A model generated the notes under the pieces. It did no database searches. It saw nothing but the letters and a program-made list of their open reading frames with translations, and had not been told where the DNA came from. The translations under genes were made by a program, and so were the position numbers. From positions 12,957-76,956 of IMG/VR virus record IMGVR_UViG_3300012936_003490: 64,000 nt of DNA. The stretch is one strand, 5' to 3'. Source of the stretch: a virus. Shown here piece by piece: positions 8,147 to 18,067 of this stretch. The first letter of the stretch is position 1; each line of letters opens with the position of its first letter.

Positions 8147-9545
8147 CTTTAAAAATATCTCTCATTTCCGGAAATGTATCTGCAAATTTTATTCCTCTTT
8201 GTTTGTCGCAAAGTTCTAAAAATTCTTTCATTTCAGGCAAACGTACACTCCAATCTTCGCTGTCCATAAAACTTAGAATACCTTCTAGTCGTTTTATACC
8301 ATATTCTGCTGTTCGCCATTTGTTGTAATCAACTTTACCTTTGTGCCATGTTGGAACACCTAACTGCCGATTCTTTTCCCACCACGGATACCATGACTCA
8401 TATTTTTTATGACATTCTTCTTTGAACCATTTAGGTAAAACTTTTACATTTAAATGGCCTGGCCAATATACAAAGTGTTGACTAATACCACCTGCACCAA
8501 ACGGCCACATGTTAACTTTACGAAAACCTTGTTCTAGTTTCCATTGTATTAGGTCTGGAAGATAATAAACGTTAAGAGCTTGAACAGCGCAAGCAATGGT
8601 TATTTCTACATTGTTTGTTGTTTCTTTATCCAGTCTATGAAATGTGTTTACTTGATTAGCCCATTCGCTAGGATAACGTATATAACTGTTCATTTCTTTG
8701 ATGCTGTCAATGCTGTAGTGAAATCTTACCAATTTAAAATGACTCCAAAGTTCAAATAAATCTTCACGCCATTCTACACCATTTGAATTGTAGCGTAGTT
8801 CTAGATCTTTCGCATATCCCATCTTAATAGCATGTTCGAGTATTTCGTAGTGTTCTTCAATAATAAGACTTTCACCGCCAGCAAAATAAATTTGTTGCAT
8901 ACTTGGCATCTGCTCATAAAACTGTTTCCAAAATGTTGGATTTTGTTTATGCCAATTGTAACTACTACCGTTAGTGCTACCTTTGTCTTTCCATTGCATA
9001 ATCTCTTTTAGTGATTCATTTTTTACAGCAGGAAAAATTGCTTTGTAATCTTTGATCCAACCAGAGCTGTCATGCGGACTACACATAACACATGCTAATT
9101 GACACTTAGTTCCAAAACGTAAATCAATGTATGCTAGATTAGGAGGAACGCTTCCGTCCGGATTTGTTTCTTCTAATATCTTGTTAATATCAACACGCTT
9201 ACTCCAATATCTAGTTTCCCATTGTCTTTTACTTTTATGGCCAGCCGCTTCTTCTTTGTAACACTTTAAACAACTTGGTGGTTGTTCGCCATTAAGCATT
9301 TGCAGACGAACATTCTTCATATATGTGCTATTCCATGCTGTTTCAAAATCACTTACATTTAAATTGTTGGGTTTGCCGTCATCAGTTTTCAGAATACCTA
9401 CTTGGCCGCCATGTTCTTTATCATTTGTAGGACCAACACTACTAGCATTTGCTGTACAGCATACACGCATACTGCCGTCTGGTCTTGTGCTAAGATGTAC
9501 CCAGGGTAATAAGCAAAAAGTGTCTGAGGGATATTTATCGTTCAT
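8133..9545 (-). CDS. Radical SAM enzyme with N-terminal twitch-like Cys cluster (subfamily A)
   Basis: FCLLPWVH...VCC...CLKC, then CQLACVMC, AGGES, NSNG, YIRYP. Confidence 0.9.
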   Translation of the reverse strand: MNDKYPSDTFCLLPWVHLSTRPDGSMRVCCTANASSVGPTNDKEHGGQVGILKTDDGKPNNLNVSDFETAWNSTYMKNVRLQMLNGEQPPSCLKCYKEEAAGHKSKRQWETRYWSKRVDINKILEETNPDGSVPPNLAYIDLRFGTKCQLACVMCSPHDSSGWIKDYKAIFPAVKNESLKEIMQWKDKGSTNGSSYNWHKQNPTFWKQFYEQMPSMQQIYFAGGESLIIEEHYEILEHAIKMGYAKDLELRYNSNGVEWREDLFELWSHFKLVRFHYSIDSIKEMNSYIRYPSEWANQVNTFHRLDKETTNNVEITIACAVQALNVYYLPDLIQWKLEQGFRKVNMWPFGAGGISQHFVYWPGHLNVKVLPKWFKEECHKKYESWYPWWEKNRQLGVPTWHKGKVDYNKWRTAEYGIKRLEGILSFMDSEDWSVRLPEMKEFLELCDKQRGIKFADTFPEMRDIFKDVDS

Positions 9546-9549
9546 ATTG

Positions 9550-9555
9550 TACTTA
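9550..9555 (-). promoter_or_regulatory. Putative late promoter variant TAAGTA, leaderless
   Basis: ATAAGTA-caat-ATG (9545) in a 14-nt intergenic gap with no RBS. Confidence 0.5.
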
Positions 9556-9559
9556 TTTC

Positions 9560-10789
9560 TTAAGATATGCTCTCTAATTGTTTATTGACTTGCATTAATT
9601 TTTCATCACGACTTCTTGTTTCCGATCCGCAATGCTTGCCACATCTTACTATTCGAGGAAATTTTTTATCAAAAGTTGTGTTGTCAAAACTTTTGTTTAG
9701 ATCATTCGTAAAAAACCTATGATCCATAATTGCAGATAAAGTATGGAACTTTACATTATTCCAATCATCTGCATACTGATTCTCATAGTGAGACAAACGT
9801 TCATAATCACGTCTATCGCTTATCCAATCGTATTCTTTTGATTCATGAGGTTGAATAGGATAATGATAAAATGTGCTAAAATAACAACACTGCCAAACTC
9901 TGCCTGTATAGTCTATACTTATTTGACGTTTGTTAAACCATTCGCACTCGATCTCAGTGCTGTTAATATTTTCTTTTACTGAACGTTTATACCAAGGTTT
10001 ATTAGGATATTCGCTTCCTATTTGTTTATCTTCTGGTATTACTAGTTCTGCATACTGAGAAATTGTTTTGATATCTTCTTTGTTTATATTTTTCTTTTTT
10101 TGACTCAAATTATCTATTTTTATTTTATTTGTGTTATGGCGCAATCTAGATCTTCTAATTTTAAATTTATGAAATCCTAGCTGTTTAGCCATTGCTTTTG
10201 CTTTTTCTATTTGATGTTCGTTATGCTCAAAGGCAATGAAACTCCATACACATCTGACGCCACTTGCTATACATGTTTTAGCATTTTCTATAACTTTATC
10301 AAAATTAACTCCTCGTCTATACAGTTGGTGTGTATCATCGTCTACACCATCTAGAGCAAAAACAATTACACTAGTTTTATCATATTTTTGTTTAATAATT
10401 TTGCACAGAGACGTCCACCATTTTTCGTCATGTAATCCTCCGTTTGTTTCACACATAAAACGTAATTTTTCTGTAAGTTTATTTTTTAATCTATATTGAG
10501 AAAACTTGTTTACATTATCAGCAATTTTATCTACTATTGTATGACAATCAGGATGAAGTATAAAATCTCCGTATGTTCCTGTAAAGTTTATGTAACGTGC
10601 ATTTTGTGATACAGTTGTATCAAAGATATTGTCTATAAACATTTTATCTAACAAACCTGCTGATCCAACTTCTATAAAAGGATTAATTTCATCTGTTCCC
10701 TGCACAAATCTTTGGCAGTCTAAACATCTGCTGTTACAATTGCTTGTAATTTCTAGATGTATTCCTTGGTCGTGCATATCAAATTGCAT
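9560..10789 (-). CDS. Radical SAM enzyme with C-terminal twitch domain (subfamily B)
   Basis: CNSRCLDC, GTYGD, TNGG, LDG..YRR, FEHNEHQ, C...QCC...CGKHC. Start placed at ATG 10789 (MQFD), overlapping the upstream gene. Confidence 0.88.
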   Translation of the reverse strand: MQFDMHDQGIHLEITSNCNSRCLDCQRFVQGTDEINPFIEVGSAGLLDKMFIDNIFDTTVSQNARYINFTGTYGDFILHPDCHTIVDKIADNVNKFSQYRLKNKLTEKLRFMCETNGGLHDEKWWTSLCKIIKQKYDKTSVIVFALDGVDDDTHQLYRRGVNFDKVIENAKTCIASGVRCVWSFIAFEHNEHQIEKAKAMAKQLGFHKFKIRRSRLRHNTNKIKIDNLSQKKKNINKEDIKTISQYAELVIPEDKQIGSEYPNKPWYKRSVKENINSTEIECEWFNKRQISIDYTGRVWQCCYFSTFYHYPIQPHESKEYDWISDRRDYERLSHYENQYADDWNNVKFHTLSAIMDHRFFTNDLNKSFDNTTFDKKFPRIVRCGKHCGSETRSRDEKLMQVNKQLESIS

Positions 10790-11984
10790 ACTCAACACCA
10801 GTAACATGATTAGACATTAAAGATTTAAAAGTTTGTGCATCACTGCTTTTTGTTGCACACAGGCCGCATCTACAAATCATATTAGGACAAATTATAGGTT
10901 CTAATGTTCCTGATGCAAGTTGCTTTTCTACACTGTCTGTAAATTTTTTGTAATCTGTAATAGATCCAACTGCTCCTCTTTGTTTTCCAATTTTAGCTTG
11001 ACATGTTTGATGATGAAAAATTTGATCAGTTTGACTTTCAAGATGTAAGAAAAACCAATTCACTCCACAATACCAATCTAAAAATCGTGTATCTGAAACA
11101 TATCTTTGTTGTTCTGTTGTGCCGCATTTCAAACCGCAACTAAGTTGATGGTTACTACAACAATGTCTACCTTCTATAGTATATGTTTTAGTTTTATCTG
11201 CCTGTAATTTTTTAAATGTTTCTCCTACATCTTTTTTCATTTTACGATGAAGTTTGACCTCTTTGTTAACATTTTCAACTTTTTTAGTTGTGGTTGTAGC
11301 AATTTTTGTTTTACTGCTTTTACTGTTCTTATTTTGCCAGTAGTTTTTTATCCAACTACTCTGCTCATAACTGTAGGGTAAACCGTTTATTACCCTCGGC
11401 ATATACTTGACATCATGTTCTTCCATTACATCTATAAAATCTAAACACTCTTTCCAATAATTATCATATGGATGCATCATTAAATTAACTTTAAAACTTT
11501 TTAATTCTTGCTTTAATAGAAGAGTATTTTCTCTCACTTTTTGTTTGATTTTTTCTTTGCTATCACAGTGGTAACTTAATGTTATACCTCTAAAATTTTT
11601 TGCAAGTAGCGGAATATGTTTTTGTGCAAAACTACCGTTAGTTGTAAGTATAGTGTACACATCATAATCAAAGTCTTGAAAACTTTCTTTGAGATAAGAA
11701 CTAAAGTCAACAAAACAAGGATTTGCTGTTGGCTCTCCACCTGTAAGACTTAAACTTGCTGTCTTTTCTGTTCTATATGGCATGATAATTTTTAAGTAAT
11801 CTTTAACTAAGTCCACACCCTTAACTAGTTCGTTAAAACTAGGAAAAGGACTTACAAGGTCGTGTCTATCATCTCCGCAGTAAGCACAATCAAAATTACA
11901 CCGTTTTCCTGTATCCCAAGTGATAATAAACTGATTTGTTTTTACAGGATCAATGCTGTTATATGTTCCGTTTTCTCTATCCAT
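10779..11984 (-). CDS. Radical SAM enzyme with C-terminal Cys-rich domain (subfamily C)
   Basis: CNFDCAYC, TGGEPT, TTNG; C-terminal GRHCC...WYCG...TC...CPNMICRCGLC. Confidence 0.9.
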   Translation of the reverse strand: MDRENGTYNSIDPVKTNQFIITWDTGKRCNFDCAYCGDDRHDLVSPFPSFNELVKGVDLVKDYLKIIMPYRTEKTASLSLTGGEPTANPCFVDFSSYLKESFQDFDYDVYTILTTNGSFAQKHIPLLAKNFRGITLSYHCDSKEKIKQKVRENTLLLKQELKSFKVNLMMHPYDNYWKECLDFIDVMEEHDVKYMPRVINGLPYSYEQSSWIKNYWQNKNSKSSKTKIATTTTKKVENVNKEVKLHRKMKKDVGETFKKLQADKTKTYTIEGRHCCSNHQLSCGLKCGTTEQQRYVSDTRFLDWYCGVNWFFLHLESQTDQIFHHQTCQAKIGKQRGAVGSITDYKKFTDSVEKQLASGTLEPIICPNMICRCGLCATKSSDAQTFKSLMSNHVTGVEYAI

Positions 11985-13218
11985 CTAAATATTTCCGATA
12001 TCTCTTGTTTAATTTATTCAAGTCTGTATTACGTAGTTTGTCTTGAAGTTTTGTATAACTTTTAAAATATTCAAATTCACCTGTGCGTAACTTTCTGTTT
12101 TTATCAAAACTTAAAATATTTTCAATCTCTTTGAGTACAAAAGGACTAGATGATAGAGTTTTTTTGACATACTTTCTATCTTTGTCTGTCAAAAACGCTG
12201 TAGACAGCCAGGATTGTTCTACCTGTGCATATAAAACTTTAATTCCTCCACATGATCTAAACCAGGCATCAAACTCTGCAATTTTTTTGACATTTAAAAT
12301 ATTATACATTTGCATTACAAAACTTGTTTGTATTTTAACATTTTCAAAACGTTCAGCTAAATGCAGAAACTTTTCAATGTTATTTTTTACAATATTCCAG
12401 TTGCCGTTAGATCTTACATATTCATAATCTTTTTCTGTACCATCTAAACTTATCATAATAATGCATTTTTTAAATTTAGATACAATTTTATCAAAATCTT
12501 TAGGATAAATCGTTCCATTGGTTGTAAAAACTAGTTCGCACTCTTGTACATTTACACTATTAGAAAATTTATCTATAGCCAACCAAGATTCATCATGTAA
12601 TAAAGGTTCTCCTCCTAATAACTTCATACGTTTAACATTTTCAAAAGGAACTTGTTCTACAAAATTATTTGTGTCTTTGTTTTTTTTGTAAAGATGTTGA
12701 TTAGCATCTTTGACTATTCTATCGCTTATTTTATCAGGATCGGCATCAATATATTCATTTTGATGTTTAACCATTTCTTTTGCAATTTGAGAACTGCTTC
12801 CAGGTTTACACATTCTACATTGTAAGTTACATAGATTACTTGCTCTAATATCAAGACCTAAAGGTGCATTAAATTCATTTCCTGTTTCAACTGATAGTTT
12901 AAGGCCTTTTCCTTTTGTTAACCGTCTGGCCATATGATAATAAATGCGTCTTGCATTATAGCCTAATTTTTTTTCAATGTTTAAACAACTCTTACAAAAC
13001 TCTGGAACTACACCATCAAGCATTTGTTGCCGCACATTTTTCATATAATCACTTGTCCAATAATCTTTATAATCTTTAAAAGTAAGATCTATTGTTTCTT
13101 TTGTATTGCGAGTCTCGCAACAGGGACGTAGTAAGGATTTTTTTGCATCTCCTTTATAAAATAAATGCATAAAAGGAGCGTAGCACAGGGGCTCAGACTG
13201 TTGGTTTTGGTTTTCCAT
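11977..13218 (-). CDS. Radical SAM enzyme with N-terminal twitch-like Cys cluster (subfamily A)
   Basis: LCYAPFMH...PCC...CKSC, CNLQCRMC, GGEP, TTNG, SLDG...YEYVR. Confidence 0.9.
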   Translation of the reverse strand: MENQNQQSEPLCYAPFMHLFYKGDAKKSLLRPCCETRNTKETIDLTFKDYKDYWTSDYMKNVRQQMLDGVVPEFCKSCLNIEKKLGYNARRIYYHMARRLTKGKGLKLSVETGNEFNAPLGLDIRASNLCNLQCRMCKPGSSSQIAKEMVKHQNEYIDADPDKISDRIVKDANQHLYKKNKDTNNFVEQVPFENVKRMKLLGGEPLLHDESWLAIDKFSNSVNVQECELVFTTNGTIYPKDFDKIVSKFKKCIIMISLDGTEKDYEYVRSNGNWNIVKNNIEKFLHLAERFENVKIQTSFVMQMYNILNVKKIAEFDAWFRSCGGIKVLYAQVEQSWLSTAFLTDKDRKYVKKTLSSSPFVLKEIENILSFDKNRKLRTGEFEYFKSYTKLQDKLRNTDLNKLNKRYRKYLDG

Positions 13219-14587
13219 CAAAGTGGGCTCCTGGTCTAGATCCTTCAGTTACATTTGTTGGATCATATCTGTCAAAATATCTTTGTAGCATTGGTTCAAT
13301 AGTAAGCGTATCAGTTCCTCTGATTTTATTCAACGCTAATTCTGCCCTCACAAAATCATTTGTATATCTTACTTTGCGCTCATGTGTTTGTGTTTTATCA
13401 AGTTCACTGTGTAGCAAATCAAACCATTGTTGTTCGTCCTTGTTCATATCAAACTCAACAATACACTCTTGAACTTGCTGTCTAATATAATCCTTGTGGT
13501 CATCGTCTAACCAACTTACACTTAGGTACCAAGGATCAACTATAGGATTAAATGTTACACCATTATGCTTGTTTGAATACTTACGTGATCCTTTAAGGAA
13601 CCATTCAACATTACGCTTTACTTGGAATGCACTTACAGGCTGGAATACATGCATAATACCTGCCCACTTTAGGTTAGGCAATGTAAATATTTTGTCAAAT
13701 ACTTTTTGTTTTTTATCCCATTTAGTACCGTCACGTAAAAATTCGTCTGTGGCTCCTACGCCATCTACACTAATGTTAAAGCTCACTTCTTTAAACTGAG
13801 CAAGTAAGTCATAAATCCTACTTGGTAAACTTGTGCAGTTTGTTATTTGATGCAGTCTTACATTGCGAGCTTCTCCGCTGTCTACAATCTTTTTCATAAT
13901 ATTGTAAACACGAGGATCAATAAGTGTTTCGCCTCCACTCATTTTCAAACGAAATACTTTACTAAAGTCTAAATTACTTACCACATCAAACTTAGGATCT
14001 GAATAATCTATTTGCTGTGCTTTACGCATTGCATTCTTACTTTGTGTAACCATATCCCAATGACTCCAACCCTGTATTTCTGGGTTAGCAAGCACTTCTT
14101 GCTCAATTTGGTTACTCCAAAGGCTATTACAACTGCGACATTTCAAGTTACACAGTTTACTAGGACGTAGATCAATATCCACAGGTTTTTCAAACTCAAG
14201 TGTACCCTTTTGAATATCCCAATGTATATCTGTAAAGCCTTCTTTAAGTTCTAGCTCGTAGCGTTTTATATAATCTAATCTGTCGCTTTTATGATAGATG
14301 CCTTCACTTTCCCAACGTCCGCACCACCATTCACAAGACTCTGGCATTTTACCATCAAGAAAACTTTGACGAATTTCTTGCATTGTCTCGCCTTTCCAAA
14401 ATTCTTCATGCTGATCTTTAAGACTAGATTCAGTATCCCATCGTCCAATCACATGACTCATACAACAAAGTTTATATCCTCTGTTGTTTGCATTTATGTA
14501 TGTGTGCATAAACGGTGCAGGACAGAATTTTTTGTTTGGAACGATGCTTTCTAAACGTTCTGCTTCTTTTTTATCTATTTTAGCCAT
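13193..14587 (-). CDS. Radical SAM enzyme with N-terminal twitch-like Cys cluster (subfamily A)
   Basis: FCPAPFMH...LCC...CEWWC, CNLKCRSC, SGGET, SVDG. Confidence 0.9.
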   Translation of the reverse strand: MAKIDKKEAERLESIVPNKKFCPAPFMHTYINANNRGYKLCCMSHVIGRWDTESSLKDQHEEFWKGETMQEIRQSFLDGKMPESCEWWCGRWESEGIYHKSDRLDYIKRYELELKEGFTDIHWDIQKGTLEFEKPVDIDLRPSKLCNLKCRSCNSLWSNQIEQEVLANPEIQGWSHWDMVTQSKNAMRKAQQIDYSDPKFDVVSNLDFSKVFRLKMSGGETLIDPRVYNIMKKIVDSGEARNVRLHQITNCTSLPSRIYDLLAQFKEVSFNISVDGVGATDEFLRDGTKWDKKQKVFDKIFTLPNLKWAGIMHVFQPVSAFQVKRNVEWFLKGSRKYSNKHNGVTFNPIVDPWYLSVSWLDDDHKDYIRQQVQECIVEFDMNKDEQQWFDLLHSELDKTQTHERKVRYTNDFVRAELALNKIRGTDTLTIEPMLQRYFDRYDPTNVTEGSRPGAHFDGKPKPTV

Positions 14588-15822
14588 TCAGTTAATTCCA
14601 CACATGATAAATCATCGAAAGATTGACTTCGTTGTTCATCAAGTGTTGTTGACATATATTTAAGCTGATCACGTTTTTTATATTTTACGTCTGGTTCAAT
14701 CTTTTTTGCCATCTCAACATAACGTTCAAATTCTTTAACTTGCCTACAGTCAGTATTTTGCCATTTTGTTAGAGTACATTCTAGTAAACTACTAGGTAAA
14801 AACTTTGCGGCAAGTTCACTGTCTTTAGGACGTAGATTTAAATTAAAGTCAATACGGGGTATGTAATTTTTCTTTAACAACCAAGGATACTTTTCTGTAT
14901 AGGATTTTAATGTAGTATACAGTTCTGGATTATTATGCCAATTATAGGCTGTTACTACTGTACTTGTTCTAACTCTAAAATGAGGATTTTCATACATTCT
15001 ATGTTCATCTGCAAAAGCAAGAAACTCCATAAATCTTTCTTGCCACTTACTCCACGTAAACGGATACCGAATATAGTCGTAGGTTTCATTGCATCCGTCA
15101 ACACTTACATTTAGGTCGACACCCTTAAAATGTTTTAACCTTTCTAACACCGCACGAACAAACTTGGTTCCATTTGTAGTTATTAACAATCTAATATTTT
15201 TAGCAAAGTCATTGTCAATTGCATAATCAAGAACATCAAGAAATTCTTTACTTATAAAAGGCTCACCACCTGTGACTTTTAGTACTTCAATTGTGTCTAA
15301 CAATTCAATCACATATTCTTTACGTTTTTGGCTTACAGTTGCAGTGTCTTTCTGCTTGTAGTTTGTAAAAGATTTCCAATGCTCAGGCATAGGCTTTTCA
15401 TTATCTCTGTACCAATCTATAGCTGAAACAAGTTGATTACTACTACTTGGGTCACACATTCTACAAGCAAGATTACAAGTGTTATCAAAACGCAAATCTA
15501 AATATTTAATTTTTTCATCTGCGTCAGGATTAACAAACTCTTTAAATTTATCTACAGTGTAGGTGTGTCTAAAACTTAGTCCGTCGTTGCGCTCTCTTGC
15601 ATAACAAACTTCGCAAGCAGGATGTTCTTTTCCTTGTTGCATGTATGCCCGTATCTCGTCCATGCTTGTGCTTTCAAATGCTTGTTTTATACTGTTAGCA
15701 TCATCTTTAAAATTAAAGTAACTTTCGCTGTTACAACAAGGACGATAACCTCCGCCTACACTTCCGTTTACGTGTATCCAAGGAAGTATGCAAAATGTTT
15801 TACTATTTGTTGGTTGCTTCAT
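14575..15822 (-). CDS. Radical SAM enzyme with N-terminal twitch-like Cys cluster (subfamily A)
   Basis: FCILPWIH...PCC...CEVC, CNLACRMC, TGGEP, TTNG, SVDG...YDYIRYP. Confidence 0.9.
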   Translation of the reverse strand: MKQPTNSKTFCILPWIHVNGSVGGGYRPCCNSESYFNFKDDANSIKQAFESTSMDEIRAYMQQGKEHPACEVCYARERNDGLSFRHTYTVDKFKEFVNPDADEKIKYLDLRFDNTCNLACRMCDPSSSNQLVSAIDWYRDNEKPMPEHWKSFTNYKQKDTATVSQKRKEYVIELLDTIEVLKVTGGEPFISKEFLDVLDYAIDNDFAKNIRLLITTNGTKFVRAVLERLKHFKGVDLNVSVDGCNETYDYIRYPFTWSKWQERFMEFLAFADEHRMYENPHFRVRTSTVVTAYNWHNNPELYTTLKSYTEKYPWLLKKNYIPRIDFNLNLRPKDSELAAKFLPSSLLECTLTKWQNTDCRQVKEFERYVEMAKKIEPDVKYKKRDQLKYMSTTLDEQRSQSFDDLSCVELTEWLK

Positions 15823-16859
15823 CTTATCTTCTCTAATGTTTTTTTGTATTTTTTTAACATTTTAAGAGCAGATAGGTCTTCATGCTCTAAGTGAAGTTGC
15901 AAATATCTTGTTACAAATTGATTTTTTATTTTCTTAATAAACTTTTCTTTCTTGTTTTTTGGCAATATTTGTATATCTAAATAATAAGGCTGTTGTAAAA
16001 TATCAAAACGTGTGGGAAAATACTTTCTACTAAATTCTAAATAATTATTAATATTATGTATATTTAAATTATGAACTACAAAATGAAAAGATATTTCAAT
16101 ATTAGTGTGTTTTGCTTTAAAATCTTTCCACCATTTTATATTTTCGATTACTTTTTTCCAATTAGTTCCATACCTTACAAATTCTGCGGTTTTGCCTTCT
16201 CCATCTAAACTTATATCTACATTTAATTTTTTGCATTTGACAAATATATTTTGCCATTCTTTATTAGGCTTTACACTACAATTTGTAACAATTTGTAAAT
16301 TTATATTTTCTAATAATAAACTTTGTAAAAATTTGATATTCCTTGGCTCCATAAAAGGTTCTCCTCCAAGAATTTTTACCATCTCTACTTTCTTTAATTC
16401 TTGGGGAACAAAATCAAAGTCTGTATATACAACTTGCTTTTTTGGTTTGGCTTTATTTGCTCCTATTGAATTTACAGCATCAATATCTTTCCACCAAGTG
16501 GTGCTGTATGCCGCATCACATGTAACACAGGCAAAATTGCAACTATTACTTAATCCAACTTCTATATATCTTATTTCAGGATTATTTTTGTTTATGTTAC
16601 TAAAGTCTTGATTAGCTGTTTGTCTATAACTTTTCCTACCTAACTTTTCATCTCTATAACATTTTTCACAACCTTTGATATATTCTCCTTTTAACATTTT
16701 ATTCCTTAGCTCTGTCATCTTAGAACCATAAAAATAATCACGAGGAGATATCTTATCTATATATTCTTTATCAGAAAACCTACAGCAAGGTTTGTTCCTG
16801 CCACCTACATTTGTACAACTGTGGATAAAAGGTAACGGACAATAAGTTTTGTTTACCAT
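15819..16859 (-). CDS. Radical SAM enzyme with N-terminal twitch-like Cys cluster (subfamily A)
   Basis: YCPLPFIH...PCC...CEKC, CNFACVTC, GGEP, SLDG. Confidence 0.9.
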   Translation of the reverse strand: MVNKTYCPLPFIHSCTNVGGRNKPCCRFSDKEYIDKISPRDYFYGSKMTELRNKMLKGEYIKGCEKCYRDEKLGRKSYRQTANQDFSNINKNNPEIRYIEVGLSNSCNFACVTCDAAYSTTWWKDIDAVNSIGANKAKPKKQVVYTDFDFVPQELKKVEMVKILGGEPFMEPRNIKFLQSLLLENINLQIVTNCSVKPNKEWQNIFVKCKKLNVDISLDGEGKTAEFVRYGTNWKKVIENIKWWKDFKAKHTNIEISFHFVVHNLNIHNINNYLEFSRKYFPTRFDILQQPYYLDIQILPKNKKEKFIKKIKNQFVTRYLQLHLEHEDLSALKMLKKYKKTLEKIR

Positions 16860-18067
16860 ACCATTTCCTCAACTGACTTTCCAAAGACTTTAGAAAAATT
16901 TTGATTTTTAATAGTGTCAATTCTATGTGTATAATATATAAATGCATCTACATCTTTTTTAGATTCTCTTGAATTTTGTAAAGCATGTATAATCATATCT
17001 GCCATTTTAATTGCACCTTGACGTTGTAAACTTTTCTCCTGCGAAAATAGTTTTTTCCTAATTTTTCCAACATGTTTTATAAGATTGTTTTTTTGATTGT
17101 ATAAAACATCTATGCCTAAATATGTAGGATACTGAACAAAACTATGATGCAGTCTGTCTACCGGTAATAATAACATATCGTTAATAATATTTTCTAAATC
17201 TAAAATTTGATAAGGTGTTATTGTGTTAGTAGCTTCTAAAATTGTTTTTTTGTTTTTTTTCTTAAACGTTTGAATATTTGTGATTATATTCTCATATATC
17301 CCGTTCCTAAAATAATTATAAAGATTACTACCTCCATCTACACTAATTTTTATTTGTGATCTACCAAAGTTATTCATATATTCGCTTAGTTTTTCATAAT
17401 CAACAGGAGTGTTAAAATTGCTAACAATATTCACCCAAATTTTATTTCTATTTGGGTGTGCTTGTATGCCTTCTAAAAATTGCCAAAATTGTTTTTGATA
17501 TAAAGGTTCGCCACCTCCAACATCTATTCTTTTAAGGTTAGGACAGTTTTGTATCAAATCAGTTACAAGATCATTTACTTGTTCTTTAGTCCATGATTGA
17601 TTAGGCCACTGCCTTACCAAATTCTTTATGTCATGTGTGTAATCATCTGGCACACGTTCTACTCGTTTTAAAATACTGTTCCATTTACTTGAATAATCAG
17701 GAGCACAGTGTCTACAACTAAGGTTACATGCATTACTAAATCTTATCTCTATGTATTCAATATTACGTTGTTTAATTTTATTTTGACGATTCAACTTCGT
17801 AACCATTTTTTGATTTTGATTACTTTTTTGTCTATAACTTTCTTGTCCCCTTGATTCTTGATCTTGACAACTTTTACAATGCTCTGGCCAGACACCTTTT
17901 GCAAGTGATTGTCTTATTGCTCTAAAATTATCATTATTGATAAATTTGCTAGGAGCTACACCTTCAGATATGTTTGCTAGAGAGCCTGTGCCTCTAGGAC
18001 ACATTGTAATTCTATCGTCAGGTTTAAAGTTTACGGCATGAAGTGCAAAATAACAAGGCAATTTCAT
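16853..18067 (-). CDS. Radical SAM enzyme with N-terminal twitch-like Cys cluster (subfamily A)
   Basis: PCYFALH...MCP...CKSC, CNLSCRHC, GGGEP, SVDG...YNYFR. Confidence 0.88.
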   Translation of the reverse strand: MKLPCYFALHAVNFKPDDRITMCPRGTGSLANISEGVAPSKFINNDNFRAIRQSLAKGVWPEHCKSCQDQESRGQESYRQKSNQNQKMVTKLNRQNKIKQRNIEYIEIRFSNACNLSCRHCAPDYSSKWNSILKRVERVPDDYTHDIKNLVRQWPNQSWTKEQVNDLVTDLIQNCPNLKRIDVGGGEPLYQKQFWQFLEGIQAHPNRNKIWVNIVSNFNTPVDYEKLSEYMNNFGRSQIKISVDGGSNLYNYFRNGIYENIITNIQTFKKKNKKTILEATNTITPYQILDLENIINDMLLLPVDRLHHSFVQYPTYLGIDVLYNQKNNLIKHVGKIRKKLFSQEKSLQRQGAIKMADMIIHALQNSRESKKDVDAFIYYTHRIDTIKNQNFSKVFGKSVEEMVW

